A stretch of DNA of 64,000 bases from a virus (IMGVR_UViG_2706796071_000001), one strand, 5' to 3'. Shown: positions 47,778 to 56,189, counted from the stretch's first letter. Numbers and translations: made by a program. Notes: generated from the letters alone by a model not told the origin.

Positions 47778-48537
47778 TGATGTAGTTAAGTTCTATGAAA
47801 AAGATATTAAAGACCTTATCAGAACTAAAAAACACATGTTCAAAGACGATGAAATAACTAGTGATATAAACGATATACGAATCTTTAATGAGAAAGTCAT
47901 TTGTCAAGGTAAATGCAGAACAGATTGTTTAGTGTTAGACCGTAATGGTACAGTAATGGGTATAGAGATAAAAACAGAACGAGACTCTACACAAAGATTA
48001 AATAACCAGTTAAAGTATTATAGTCTAGTATGTAAATATGTATATGTAATGTGCCATGACAAACATGTACCTAAAGTAGAACAAATACTTAAAAGGTATA
48101 AACATAATCATGTAGGTATAATGAGTTACATTAGTTTTAAAGGCAAACCTGTTGTAGGCAAATACAAAGATGCTACACCATCACCACATAGAAGCCCTTA
48201 TCATACAATGAATATATTATGGAAGACAAACTTAATGACAATACTTAGATTGATTAGAGACCCTCATACGTATAGAACAGGGTATAGCTATAATGCTAGT
48301 GGTAGATATAGTGGAGGGGAAGGTAATTTCTCCCAAACAACTCAAAGTAAAAGAATGAAAAAACCTGCTATTATTAACCAAATAATTCATTATGTAGGGG
48401 TAGATAATACTTATAAACTCTTTACAAGAGGTGTTATCTATGGTTATAATAATAGGTGGGAAGTTATAGAAGAAGATTTCTTTAATACTATGAAGAATGG
48501 GGTAAGAGTAATCAATGAGCAAAGACAAACCAAATAG
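47770..48537 (+). CDS. PD-(D/E)xK nuclease-like protein (sce7726-like)
   Basis: EKVI...RTDCLVL...GIEIKTERDSTQRL..Q...Y pattern. Confidence 0.6.
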   Translation: MSNDVVKFYEKDIKDLIRTKKHMFKDDEITSDINDIRIFNEKVICQGKCRTDCLVLDRNGTVMGIEIKTERDSTQRLNNQLKYYSLVCKYVYVMCHDKHVPKVEQILKRYKHNHVGIMSYISFKGKPVVGKYKDATPSPHRSPYHTMNILWKTNLMTILRLIRDPHTYRTGYSYNASGRYSGGEGNFSQTTQSKRMKKPAIINQIIHYVGVDNTYKLFTRGVIYGYNNRWEVIEEDFFNTMKNGVRVINEQRQTK

Positions 48538-48961
48538 ACGTAAAGAGATACAGCATCAACCTGTTAACTTTGCCCCTACGAATACTTTAACAGGAGCTAA
48601 TAATAGTTTCTTTGCTAAAAAGCCTTCAGAGCCTAAAGATGCAACATCTGTTATTGAATATCGTATACTATTTATTAAAAGATTTGATAACGTAACAAGT
48701 ACAGATGTGAAATTACAGAAAAAGTATGCACTAAATCTTATTAGTGAAGCACTTGATGTTAAAGAAACTTACTTGTCTCTTAAGCAAAAAGGAAAAAAAA
48801 CAGAATCTATTTTGCATACAGATAGAGTTTATTATGTTCATAGAGGTAAGAAACTTATTGGAAAGTGTAGTATCAGAGAACAAAGAACATTTAAGGGTAA
48901 ACATTTGATATTTATATTCAAAACAAGACATAGAGTTAAAGCAGAAAGGAAAGATAAATAA
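48515..48961 (+). CDS. Basic hypothetical protein (148 aa)
   Basis: Overlapping coupled ORF, K/R-rich. Confidence 0.7.
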   Translation: MSKDKPNRRKEIQHQPVNFAPTNTLTGANNSFFAKKPSEPKDATSVIEYRILFIKRFDNVTSTDVKLQKKYALNLISEALDVKETYLSLKQKGKKTESILHTDRVYYVHRGKKLIGKCSIREQRTFKGKHLIFIFKTRHRVKAERKDK

Positions 48962-49824
48962 TGTTAAAAGGATTTTCAGAACATGTAGACAAACCTACAA
49001 CTATTAAGACCTTATACAAGACCTTAACAAGTGGTAAAGTAGAATTACTAGGTGTATCTTACGATAGTGATTACTTCCCTTCAGGTGTTACAGTACAATC
49101 TTACATTGAGGATATAGGTAATGAAGATGAGGGTCTACAGTTTGTTAATAAGGTAAATGTAGTAGAATCAATGAAACAGGCTGTAGTAGGTATGAATAAT
49201 CAATTAGGTTCTTCAGGTCTTGGCTATGTGAGAACTGAACAACTTAAAAAAGAGTTGGAAGAGACTGGACTAATGACAGATTTACTTGCTAGAGGTACTA
49301 ACTTAACCTCTACTAAGAAAGTAGATATTGTAAGTACTTTTATTGAGCCTGAGGTAACATACCAAAATATTACTATAGCTAAAGATATTAAACTACGTTT
49401 GTATAAAGTAGAAGAAGAATCACCATTAAATGGTTACACTCATATTGTATACTTACTTACTACAGAAAAACTATATGATGGTCAAACACTCTTCGGTATG
49501 CTCTCTAAAAAAGATAAGTTATCTAAAGGAGATACTGATAAATTATTAGCATTCTTCAGAAACAATAGTTTAATAAGTAAAAGTGTATTTTGTGTTAAGT
49601 TATTAAGTAAAGACTACTACTTTAATTTATATAATACACATGAGACAGGGATATTCTTTTTAGAAGACACAGATGTTATTACTATTGCTTGTGGTCAGTC
49701 ATATGTTAAAGTTAACACTAAAGATATTAAGTCTAGTTATGTTAAAATTGAAGATAAGACTCATAAATTAACTGAGCTAGTAATTAACCTAAAGGGTGAC
49801 GACACATTAACTATTTTATTCTAG
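48961..49824 (+). CDS. Hypothetical protein (287 aa)
   Basis: Long coupled ORF. Confidence 0.75.
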   Translation: MLKGFSEHVDKPTTIKTLYKTLTSGKVELLGVSYDSDYFPSGVTVQSYIEDIGNEDEGLQFVNKVNVVESMKQAVVGMNNQLGSSGLGYVRTEQLKKELEETGLMTDLLARGTNLTSTKKVDIVSTFIEPEVTYQNITIAKDIKLRLYKVEEESPLNGYTHIVYLLTTEKLYDGQTLFGMLSKKDKLSKGDTDKLLAFFRNNSLISKSVFCVKLLSKDYYFNLYNTHETGIFFLEDTDVITIACGQSYVKVNTKDIKSSYVKIEDKTHKLTELVINLKGDDTLTILF

Positions 49825-50195
49825 GAAAATGTTATAAATATGTGATAATTAAGTATAAATATACGTTATATAAGAAGTTTTCATAATGTTTTTAATACAG
49901 AAACTAGTTAAGTTTTTTCTACTTGCTCTAGTTTCTGTGAAATTATATTTATGAAAAGTTAAAATATCTTTTAGGTAAAGGCTTTGTAAATAGTTAAAAA
50001 ATATATTAAAATTTTATACAAAGTAGTTAATAAAATTATATTACATTTATATATTATGAAATAATAACAGAAATTGTGATATATTATATAGTGTAACCTT
50101 GAAACAGTTGATGTTGTAGGGTTTGTTTATGTTCGTTAAACTGGTTTCAGAACATCAGTTACCATAAATAAATGACAGTTAAGGAGAGCTATATA
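49825..50195. other. Largest non-coding gap; AT-rich with inverted repeats (candidate ncRNA, origin or leader)
   Basis: ACAGAAACTAG(49897)/CTAGTTTCTGT(49928) and TTTTCATAA(49878)/TTATGAAAA(49949); late motif TGATATATTA at 50077. Confidence 0.5.
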
Positions 50196-50927
50196 ATGGC
50201 TAGAAAAAAGAATTTAAGAAATAAAAACAGTGATATAAAAGTTGTTCCTGATAAAGAAAAAGAAAGTATATTATCTAAGTTATACCATAATAAGTTACTA
50301 CGTTCAAAGGTAGATAATGCATTAGATGAAGACATGAGCTATGATGATATTATAGAGTTATGTAAAGAATATGATTTAGAGTTGTCTAAATCAGCTATCA
50401 CAAGATATAAGAGTAAGAGAAAAGAAGCTATTGAAAATGGATGGGATTTAGGAGAACTTATTGATAAACGTAAAAAAACAAGTGTAAAAGATATAAAAGA
50501 AAAAGAAACTCCTATATTAGAAGAAGAGCAACTTTCTCCATTTGAGCAATCAAAACATCATACACAGACGATTTATGATGATATACAAGTACTAGATATG
50601 ATTATATCTAAAGGTGCAAAAGGATTAGAGTTTGTGGAAACATTAGACCCTGCTCTAATGATACGTGCAATGGAAACGAAAGATAAAATTACAGGCAATC
50701 AGTTAAAAGGTATGTCATTTATTGGACTTAGAGAATTACAATTAAAACAAACAGCTCAAGATACAGCTATGAGTGAAGTATTATTAGAATTTATACCTGA
50801 AGAGAAACATGAAGAGGTATTACAACGATTAGAAGAACTACAAAATGAATTCTACAAAAATCTAGATTTAGATGAGGAAAGTAGAAAATTAAAAGAAGCT
50901 CTTGATAGAGTAGGCTATACAATTTAG
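50196..50927 (+). CDS. Putative HTH DNA-binding protein with Mu gp27/DUF3486-like N-terminus (243 aa)
   Basis: SKL...LRSKVDNALDEDMSYDDIIELCKEYDLELSKSAITRY; AAGGAGAG RBS before ATG 50196. Confidence 0.5.
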   Translation: MARKKNLRNKNSDIKVVPDKEKESILSKLYHNKLLRSKVDNALDEDMSYDDIIELCKEYDLELSKSAITRYKSKRKEAIENGWDLGELIDKRKKTSVKDIKEKETPILEEEQLSPFEQSKHHTQTIYDDIQVLDMIISKGAKGLEFVETLDPALMIRAMETKDKITGNQLKGMSFIGLRELQLKQTAQDTAMSEVLLEFIPEEKHEEVLQRLEELQNEFYKNLDLDEESRKLKEALDRVGYTI

Positions 50928-50944
50928 ATAGTGAGGTTAGAGTA

Positions 50945-51403
50945 ATGGCAGATGAGATTAGTTTAAATCCAATACAAGATGCTAAGCCAATTGACGATAT
51001 AGTAGATATCATGACATACTTAAAAAACGGGAAAGTACTGAGAGTTAAACAAGACAACCAAGGAGATATCCTTGTTAGAATGAGTCCAGGGAAACACAAA
51101 TTTACTGAAGTATCTAGAGACTTAGATAAAGAATCATTCTACTATAAAAGGCATTGGGTTCTCTATAATGTATCTGTTAACTCTCTTATAACATTTGATG
51201 TTTATCTAGATGAAGAATATTCAGAAACAACTAAGGTTAAGTATCCTAAAGATACTATTGTAGAATATACAAGAGAAGACCAAGAAAAAGATGTTGCTAT
51301 GATTAAAGAAATACTTACAGATAATAATGGTAATTATTTCTATGCACTTACAGGGGAGACAATGCTCTTTGATGAAAATAAATTAAATAAAGTTAAAGAT
51401 TAG
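50945..51403 (+). CDS. Hypothetical protein (152 aa)
   Basis: GAGGT RBS. Confidence 0.75.
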   Translation: MADEISLNPIQDAKPIDDIVDIMTYLKNGKVLRVKQDNQGDILVRMSPGKHKFTEVSRDLDKESFYYKRHWVLYNVSVNSLITFDVYLDEEYSETTKVKYPKDTIVEYTREDQEKDVAMIKEILTDNNGNYFYALTGETMLFDENKLNKVKD

Positions 51404-51405
51404 GG

Positions 51406-51434
51406 TTGACAGCTCCTATAGTTTATGATATAGT
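51406..51434 (+). promoter_or_regulatory. SigmaA-type promoter
   Basis: TTGACA-17bp-TATAGT. Confidence 0.75.
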
Positions 51435-51467
51435 ATATGTATACTAAAAGTAAAGGAGCTAACAATT

Positions 51468-51911
51468 ATGTTTATTTCATTAAATCAAGAAGAGAAAGAA
51501 TTATTAACTAAAGAGGAAAGTAAATACACACCATTAGAAACATCAAGAGAGTTTAACACACCTAAAGAAGAATTCATTGTAACAAGCTATAATGAAGGTA
51601 AACCTTTAGATTACATTGCAAAAGAAGCTAAGGTAAGTATGGGATTAATTTACACAGTTCTAAACTACTATAAAGTAGGTAAGCGTAATAAGAAATCACC
51701 TGTAGAAGAAAGAATTGCACATATCTTAAAAGATAAAAACTTAGTCAAAGAGATTATTAAGGATTATCAATATATGAATTTACAGGACATTTATAGTAAA
51801 TATAATCTTCATAAGAATGGTTTATATTACATCTTAGATTTATACCATGTGGAGAGAAAATCTGAACTTAAGGACAAAGCATTAGAAGAGGATAATATTG
51901 TCGTTGAGTAA
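51468..51911 (+). CDS. Putative DNA-binding protein with tandem HTH-like repeats (147 aa)
   Basis: KPLDYIAKEAKVSMGLIYTVLNYYKV and MNLQDIYSKYNLHKNGLYYILDLYHV. Confidence 0.55.
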   Translation: MFISLNQEEKELLTKEESKYTPLETSREFNTPKEEFIVTSYNEGKPLDYIAKEAKVSMGLIYTVLNYYKVGKRNKKSPVEERIAHILKDKNLVKEIIKDYQYMNLQDIYSKYNLHKNGLYYILDLYHVERKSELKDKALEEDNIVVE

Positions 51912-51927
51912 GTAAAGAGGTTATAAT

Positions 51928-52632
51928 ATGAGAAATAAAAAATCATTTCAAGAGCAGTTAAATGATATGCGTAATAAAGAGAAATGGGTATCTGAAGAGG
52001 AGTTCACTGAAGAAGTGGCTCCTCCTGAAGAACCTGAAGTAGAAGAAGAAAAACTATATACTTTAAATGAGTTAAAAGAGAGCTTACTAGATGCTCAAGG
52101 ATTAAAAGATGTTGTAGCTGATTTTCCTGCATCTAAAGATTTATATGAACCTAATAAGTTATATATCTGTACAATACCTAAAGGATATCAGTCTACCGAA
52201 GTACAACCAGGACAATATATTGGTATTAGTACTGGATTATTATCAGAGTCAGAAGACTTCAGCCATTTAAGAGGTCAAATGCCTAGAAACTTATATGAAA
52301 CTTCTCATGTTTTAAAACCTTTGATACGTATTAATAATACAAATATTGAATACCAACAACATGAGTTACTTGAAGACATTAAGGATGACAAAAAGATATA
52401 TGATGTAGAGTTAGAAGACTTAAGATTAGCAACAGGAGAAGAAGTTTCTCATCTAGAAATTGTTGATAATAAGTTTTTTGAAAGTCGTATTAATGAAGTC
52501 CTTGACCGATACACTGAACTAACGGATTCTGATGATTTACTTAAGTACTATAGTAAATTACGAGAATTAGTAGGCAGTGACAAAATGATTTATTGTTCAC
52601 TCCTCGATAAATGTGTTAAAATTATAGATTAA
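51928..52632 (+). CDS. Acidic hypothetical protein (234 aa)
   Basis: GAGGT RBS; long ORF. Confidence 0.75.
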   Translation: MRNKKSFQEQLNDMRNKEKWVSEEEFTEEVAPPEEPEVEEEKLYTLNELKESLLDAQGLKDVVADFPASKDLYEPNKLYICTIPKGYQSTEVQPGQYIGISTGLLSESEDFSHLRGQMPRNLYETSHVLKPLIRINNTNIEYQQHELLEDIKDDKKIYDVELEDLRLATGEEVSHLEIVDNKFFESRINEVLDRYTELTDSDDLLKYYSKLRELVGSDKMIYCSLLDKCVKIID

Positions 52633-52637
52633 TAGTA

Positions 52638-52676
52638 GTCTCCTCTTATATTATAACTGTAAGAGGAGACATTTTT
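52638..52676 (+). terminator. Terminator hairpin with late-promoter-like TCTTATATTA in arm/loop
   Basis: GTCTCCTCTTA/TAAGAGGAGAC 11-bp stem followed by ATTTTT. Confidence 0.75.
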
Positions 52677-52693
52677 GTATAGAGGTGTTAATT

Positions 52694-53092
52694 ATGTCAA
52701 GAAAAGCAAGTATATTCTATATACTAGTGGTTATTGTTTTGGCTTTCTCTATCTCATCTTATTATATATCTTCTTTCATGTATCACGACAAAGCAAAAAA
52801 TGAAGTCTCTACTGAGTTATCGAACACAGGAAAGATTAAAGAAGAAAAGAACGTAGAATTTGTCGGTGACTACACATTGAAAAAAGTGGAAGATAATAAA
52901 GCTTATTTTATGGAAACATTACCTACTTACCTACCAGGTAGAACAGGAGATAACAGCATAGATATGAGGTACTACAAAACAAGTAGATTTAAGGAAGGGG
53001 TAAATTTCAAGCTTATTAGGGTATATACTGAAGATGGAGAAGATAATCCAATTCATAAGTATAGGTTTGAAGCAGTACCAACCAAAAAGTAA
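52694..53092 (+). CDS. Membrane-anchored protein (132 aa)
   Basis: N-terminal TM helix; GAGGTG RBS before ATG 52694. Confidence 0.75.
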   Translation: MSRKASIFYILVVIVLAFSISSYYISSFMYHDKAKNEVSTELSNTGKIKEEKNVEFVGDYTLKKVEDNKAYFMETLPTYLPGRTGDNSIDMRYYKTSRFKEGVNFKLIRVYTEDGEDNPIHKYRFEAVPTKK

Positions 53093-53108
53093 TAAGGGGG
53101 TGACTTAA

Positions 53109-53171
53109 ATGACAACATTAATTGTCGTCATCTTTATTGCTATCATTTATTACTTATGGAACAGTGATTGA
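53109..53171 (+). CDS. Putative 20-aa hydrophobic micro-peptide MTTLIVVIFIAIIYYLWNSD
   Basis: AAGGGGGTG RBS; fills the gap before a terminator; single TM helix. Confidence 0.55.
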   Translation: MTTLIVVIFIAIIYYLWNSD

Positions 53172-53213
53172 GTCAAGTTAATTCTTGACTCTCTTTTTGT
53201 TTTATGGTATATT
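53170..53213 (+). promoter_or_regulatory. Terminator whose 3' arm is a -35 box, plus -10
   Basis: GAGTCAAG/CTTGACTC stem; TTGACT(53185)-17bp-TATATT. Confidence 0.75.
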
Positions 53214-53238
53214 AATATATAGAAAGGAGAGATTAACT

Positions 53239-53481
53239 ATGGAAATGGCAGATTTAGAAAGATTTGATGCATTTGTAAGACTAATTTCAGATGATGAGCT
53301 TTCGGAGGAAAGAATACTGGAGTTAAGCGTAGACTTACTAAACCCGATACTAGAAGGAGGTACAGCTTACAAGGCTAAAAAACGTATTAAGAGTAAATTT
53401 GGTAAGTTAGAAGCAAAAAATTTTAAACGAAACTATAAATTCTTACTTAAGTCGATAGCTCAAATAGACCAAAGGAGATAG
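53239..53481 (+). CDS. Hypothetical protein (80 aa)
   Basis: AAAGGAG RBS before ATG 53239. Confidence 0.75.
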   Translation: MEMADLERFDAFVRLISDDELSEERILELSVDLLNPILEGGTAYKAKKRIKSKFGKLEAKNFKRNYKFLLKSIAQIDQRR

Positions 53482-53485
53482 GACA

Positions 53486-54043
53486 ATGACAGAAAGGGAA
53501 AAATTAATTAAAGATATTGAAGAGGCTAATAGAGACATACAGTTACAGTTAAAAGAAGTAGATAATTATAAGGACAGCATACGTTCTAAAGGAACAAGAA
53601 ATTATATCTCTACAAAGGTATTAGATTCTATTATGGTTGGTTTCGTAGTTAGTTTTTTAATACTCATTATAATGCGTGTACTTGAATACTTTGTAACAGG
53701 TAATGCTGTTTATTCACCCTTAGCGCCTGCAGTTATCATTATGTTTGTTTTAGCACTCGGTACATGGAAAGTAAGTAAGATGAACAAGATAGTATCCTAC
53801 AGAGGAACTATTAAGATGTACTGGGAACTAAGTAATGCTGAGCAAAAACAAGCTAAGGTATTTAAGTATCCTAATGATGAAGTAGATATTGTATCAAAAC
53901 ATAACTTAAGACAAATAACTTTTAGTGAGATTAATATACTTCATCTTAAATATATGAGATATAATAAGGCAGTAGAACAGCATACTAAGTTATCTAAAGA
54001 ACTTTTTAAAAAAGATAAAGAAACTGTTGACAAGAACAAATAA
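53486..54043 (+). CDS. Membrane protein (185 aa, 2 TM)
   Basis: Two central hydrophobic helices flanked by coiled coils. Confidence 0.75.
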   Translation: MTEREKLIKDIEEANRDIQLQLKEVDNYKDSIRSKGTRNYISTKVLDSIMVGFVVSFLILIIMRVLEYFVTGNAVYSPLAPAVIIMFVLALGTWKVSKMNKIVSYRGTIKMYWELSNAEQKQAKVFKYPNDEVDIVSKHNLRQITFSEINILHLKYMRYNKAVEQHTKLSKELFKKDKETVDKNK

Positions 54044-54055
54044 GTGTAGTATAGT
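54027..54055 (+). promoter_or_regulatory. SigmaA-type promoter
   Basis: TTGACA-17bp-TATAGT overlapping the end of the upstream ORF. Confidence 0.75.
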
Positions 54056-54078
54056 ATTACTAAAGGAGGAGAGATATT

Positions 54079-54255
54079 ATGGTTATACCTAGTATTAAAG
54101 CACAAAACAAATTCAAGAATGAATTAGAGTATTATAAGCAAGGTCACATTAGTGAAAGTAAAATGTTAGAATTAGCTTTTGATTACATTCAAGAATTAGA
54201 ACAAAATAATGAATACGTTACTAATTTGCTAGAAGAGGAGAGATACGGTGAGTAA
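54079..54255 (+). CDS. 58-aa protein, probable DNA sliding-clamp (DnaN) inhibitor of G1 ORF240 type; absent from the ORF track
   Basis: AAGGAGG RBS; MVIPSIKAQNKFKNELEYYKQGHISESKMLELAFDYIQELEQNNEYVTNLLEEERYGE recalled as the Kayvirus clamp inhibitor. Confidence 0.65.
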   Translation: MVIPSIKAQNKFKNELEYYKQGHISESKMLELAFDYIQELEQNNEYVTNLLEEERYGE

Positions 54256-54496
54256 ATTTATCGGAGTGTACTTATTTAATTTATTAGTAGTAGCACTAAT
54301 TTATACAATAGGATTTTTGTTCTTTTACGGTGTAGCTAGTTTAGTTATTATTATAACTCATGCTACAATTGACCCTTTTGTATTAGCTACTTTCTTAGGA
54401 ATAGGATTCTTAGTTATTAGAACTGCACACAGAATCATGGCACGAGTAATTAATGATGCAGTAGCCCAAGCCATTAAGGCTAAAGAAAATGAATAA
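54248..54496 (+). CDS. Membrane protein (82 aa, GTG start)
   Basis: Two TM helices; GAGGAG RBS. Confidence 0.75.
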   Translation: MSKFIGVYLFNLLVVALIYTIGFLFFYGVASLVIIITHATIDPFVLATFLGIGFLVIRTAHRIMARVINDAVAQAIKAKENE

Positions 54497-54722
54497 AGGG
54501 GAATTTATTATGGATAAAACATTACCAAAGTTTAGTGTATATGAAGTTATTGTAAAGACTGTAATTATGACACCAACAGAAGGAAGTTCTGACCGAGAAT
54601 CATTTTACTTTTCAACTCAAGAGTTAGCAGAAAGATTTGTTAAAGAAAATCAAGTAGAAACAAAAGATGGAAAACGTGTATCTTTTTCTATTAAAGAGCA
54701 TAAAGTAAATCAACCCGGCTAA
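54489..54722 (+). CDS. Hypothetical protein (77 aa)
   Basis: Coupled ORF. Confidence 0.7.
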   Translation: MNKGEFIMDKTLPKFSVYEVIVKTVIMTPTEGSSDRESFYFSTQELAERFVKENQVETKDGKRVSFSIKEHKVNQPG

Positions 54723-54775
54723 CATTAATTTGTTAGCTTTTTTTTATTGACAAATCATTTTATATAGTGTATAGT
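54718..54775 (+). promoter_or_regulatory. Terminator followed by sigmaA promoter
   Basis: GCTAACA/TGTTAGC stem, T-tract, TTGACA(54747)-17bp-TATAGT. Confidence 0.8.
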
Positions 54776-54803
54776 AATATTATACAGAAAAGGAGGAATT
54801 ATT

Positions 54804-55448
54804 ATGAAAGTTTCAGAAGAAGTAAAACAGAGCTACTTAGAGAATAAAGCTAATACTAAAATGGATAAGATAAGTTGGTCTGAGTTAAGGTCTAGTCCTG
54901 CAGGTAGAACAATAGGAGACTTAATATATTTTAGTGTAATTATAATAAATAATATCATAGCTATAGCATTAACATTAATTCTAGGAGACATTATCAAAGA
55001 TTTAACGGATAGTACTCTAGTAAAAATAATAAGTATATTACTTATTATTATCGTTGTATATGGTATACTATCGGCTTTAATACCTATACTAATATTTAAA
55101 TCTGTATTTCCTGGATGGGAATATACTGAATGGAATAATTCTTACTATTTGAGATTACCTGAAGAAAAAGATTATAAGTATTATAGTTACTGGTATTTAA
55201 ATTTATTAGGTGTTACTGAGTTTTATCGGACAAATGATGAGGGTAAAGAAATTAAAGAAACTAGTTTAAGTTGGGTTTTTTACACTAAGGTTGATAGACC
55301 TGCGGATATTGACCATTGGAAAAATCAATTAATAACTAATAGACCTTTAACAATTTCTGAGTACAAAAAATTAAAGAAACTAGATAAAGAAAGTGAAATT
55401 AGAAAACAAGAAGATTTAGAAGAATACAAACAATACAATAGTAATTAA
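54804..55448 (+). CDS. Membrane protein (214 aa)
   Basis: Two TM helices; AAGGAGG RBS. Confidence 0.75.
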   Translation: MKVSEEVKQSYLENKANTKMDKISWSELRSSPAGRTIGDLIYFSVIIINNIIAIALTLILGDIIKDLTDSTLVKIISILLIIIVVYGILSALIPILIFKSVFPGWEYTEWNNSYYLRLPEEKDYKYYSYWYLNLLGVTEFYRTNDEGKEIKETSLSWVFYTKVDRPADIDHWKNQLITNRPLTISEYKKLKKLDKESEIRKQEDLEEYKQYNSN

Positions 55449-55463
55449 AGAGGTGAAAAACCA

Positions 55464-55712
55464 ATGATAAGTTCATTTGATAGTGTATTACTTGTAATAT
55501 ACATTATTATAGCTTTTGCAGTAGCTATGGCAATACTTTATTTAGTATTTAAGGGTTTGACTCTTTTACTAGATAAATTAATGATGATGTTATTAAGTAA
55601 AACTACTTTAGATGTAGAAGCTTGCTCTATGATAATGGCAGTTATCAGTACAATTGTGTTTGGTATTATTGTACTTTTAATATGGTTAGCAGTAAACAAT
55701 ATTTTATTGTAA
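55464..55712 (+). CDS. Membrane protein (82 aa)
   Basis: Two TM helices; GAGGTG RBS. Confidence 0.75.
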   Translation: MISSFDSVLLVIYIIIAFAVAMAILYLVFKGLTLLLDKLMMMLLSKTTLDVEACSMIMAVISTIVFGIIVLLIWLAVNNILL

Positions 55713-55723
55713 GGAGTTTTACT

Positions 55724-55900
55724 ATGGATTTTAATGACTTTATAAACAGTGAATCAGATAGAGTAGGTAAACCTAAGCAAAAAAAGAAGGTAGAAAATAA
55801 ACTACCTTCTTCTACTCCTATTGAAGAGAAAGAAAAAATGTTGAAAAGAATAAGGGAAAAATCACTATACATTGATTTAAGGAGAAAAGGAAATGACTAA
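55724..55900 (+). CDS. Basic hypothetical protein (58 aa)
   Basis: AAGGAG RBS before ATG 55724. Confidence 0.7.
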   Translation: MDFNDFINSESDRVGKPKQKKKVENKLPSSTPIEEKEKMLKRIREKSLYIDLRRKGND

Positions 55901-56189
55901 AGAAACAAATGTACTTTACAAAGATAAGTATAGGGATTATACTATAGTTGTAAGACTAGCAGGTAATATTATTGTTACTGAAGTAGATAAGAAACATAAA
56001 ACAAAATTTTCACCTATCATATTTGATAATGGTCGAGAGGGTGTAGAATTAGTAATGCGTATTGGCTCAGAAGAACTTGACATGAAAGAACTTAGGGAGT
56101 TTACTAAAGAGGTATCAACAGCTCAGAAAGCTTTAGAATATTTTAATAAAAAACTTTACATTAAAGGCTTGACAGATGAAGCATTTTAA
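55893..56189 (+). CDS. Hypothetical protein (98 aa)
   Basis: Coupled ORF with RBS. Confidence 0.7.
   Translation: MTKETNVLYKDKYRDYTIVVRLAGNIIVTEVDKKHKTKFSPIIFDNGREGVELVMRIGSEELDMKELREFTKEVSTAQKALEYFNKKLYIKGLTDEAF

Noticed and set aside
49825-50195. tRNA, CRISPR array or group I intron in the large gap
   Set aside because: No cloverleaf or T-loop (GTTCRA), no repeat-spacer periodicity, no P/Q/R/S core elements
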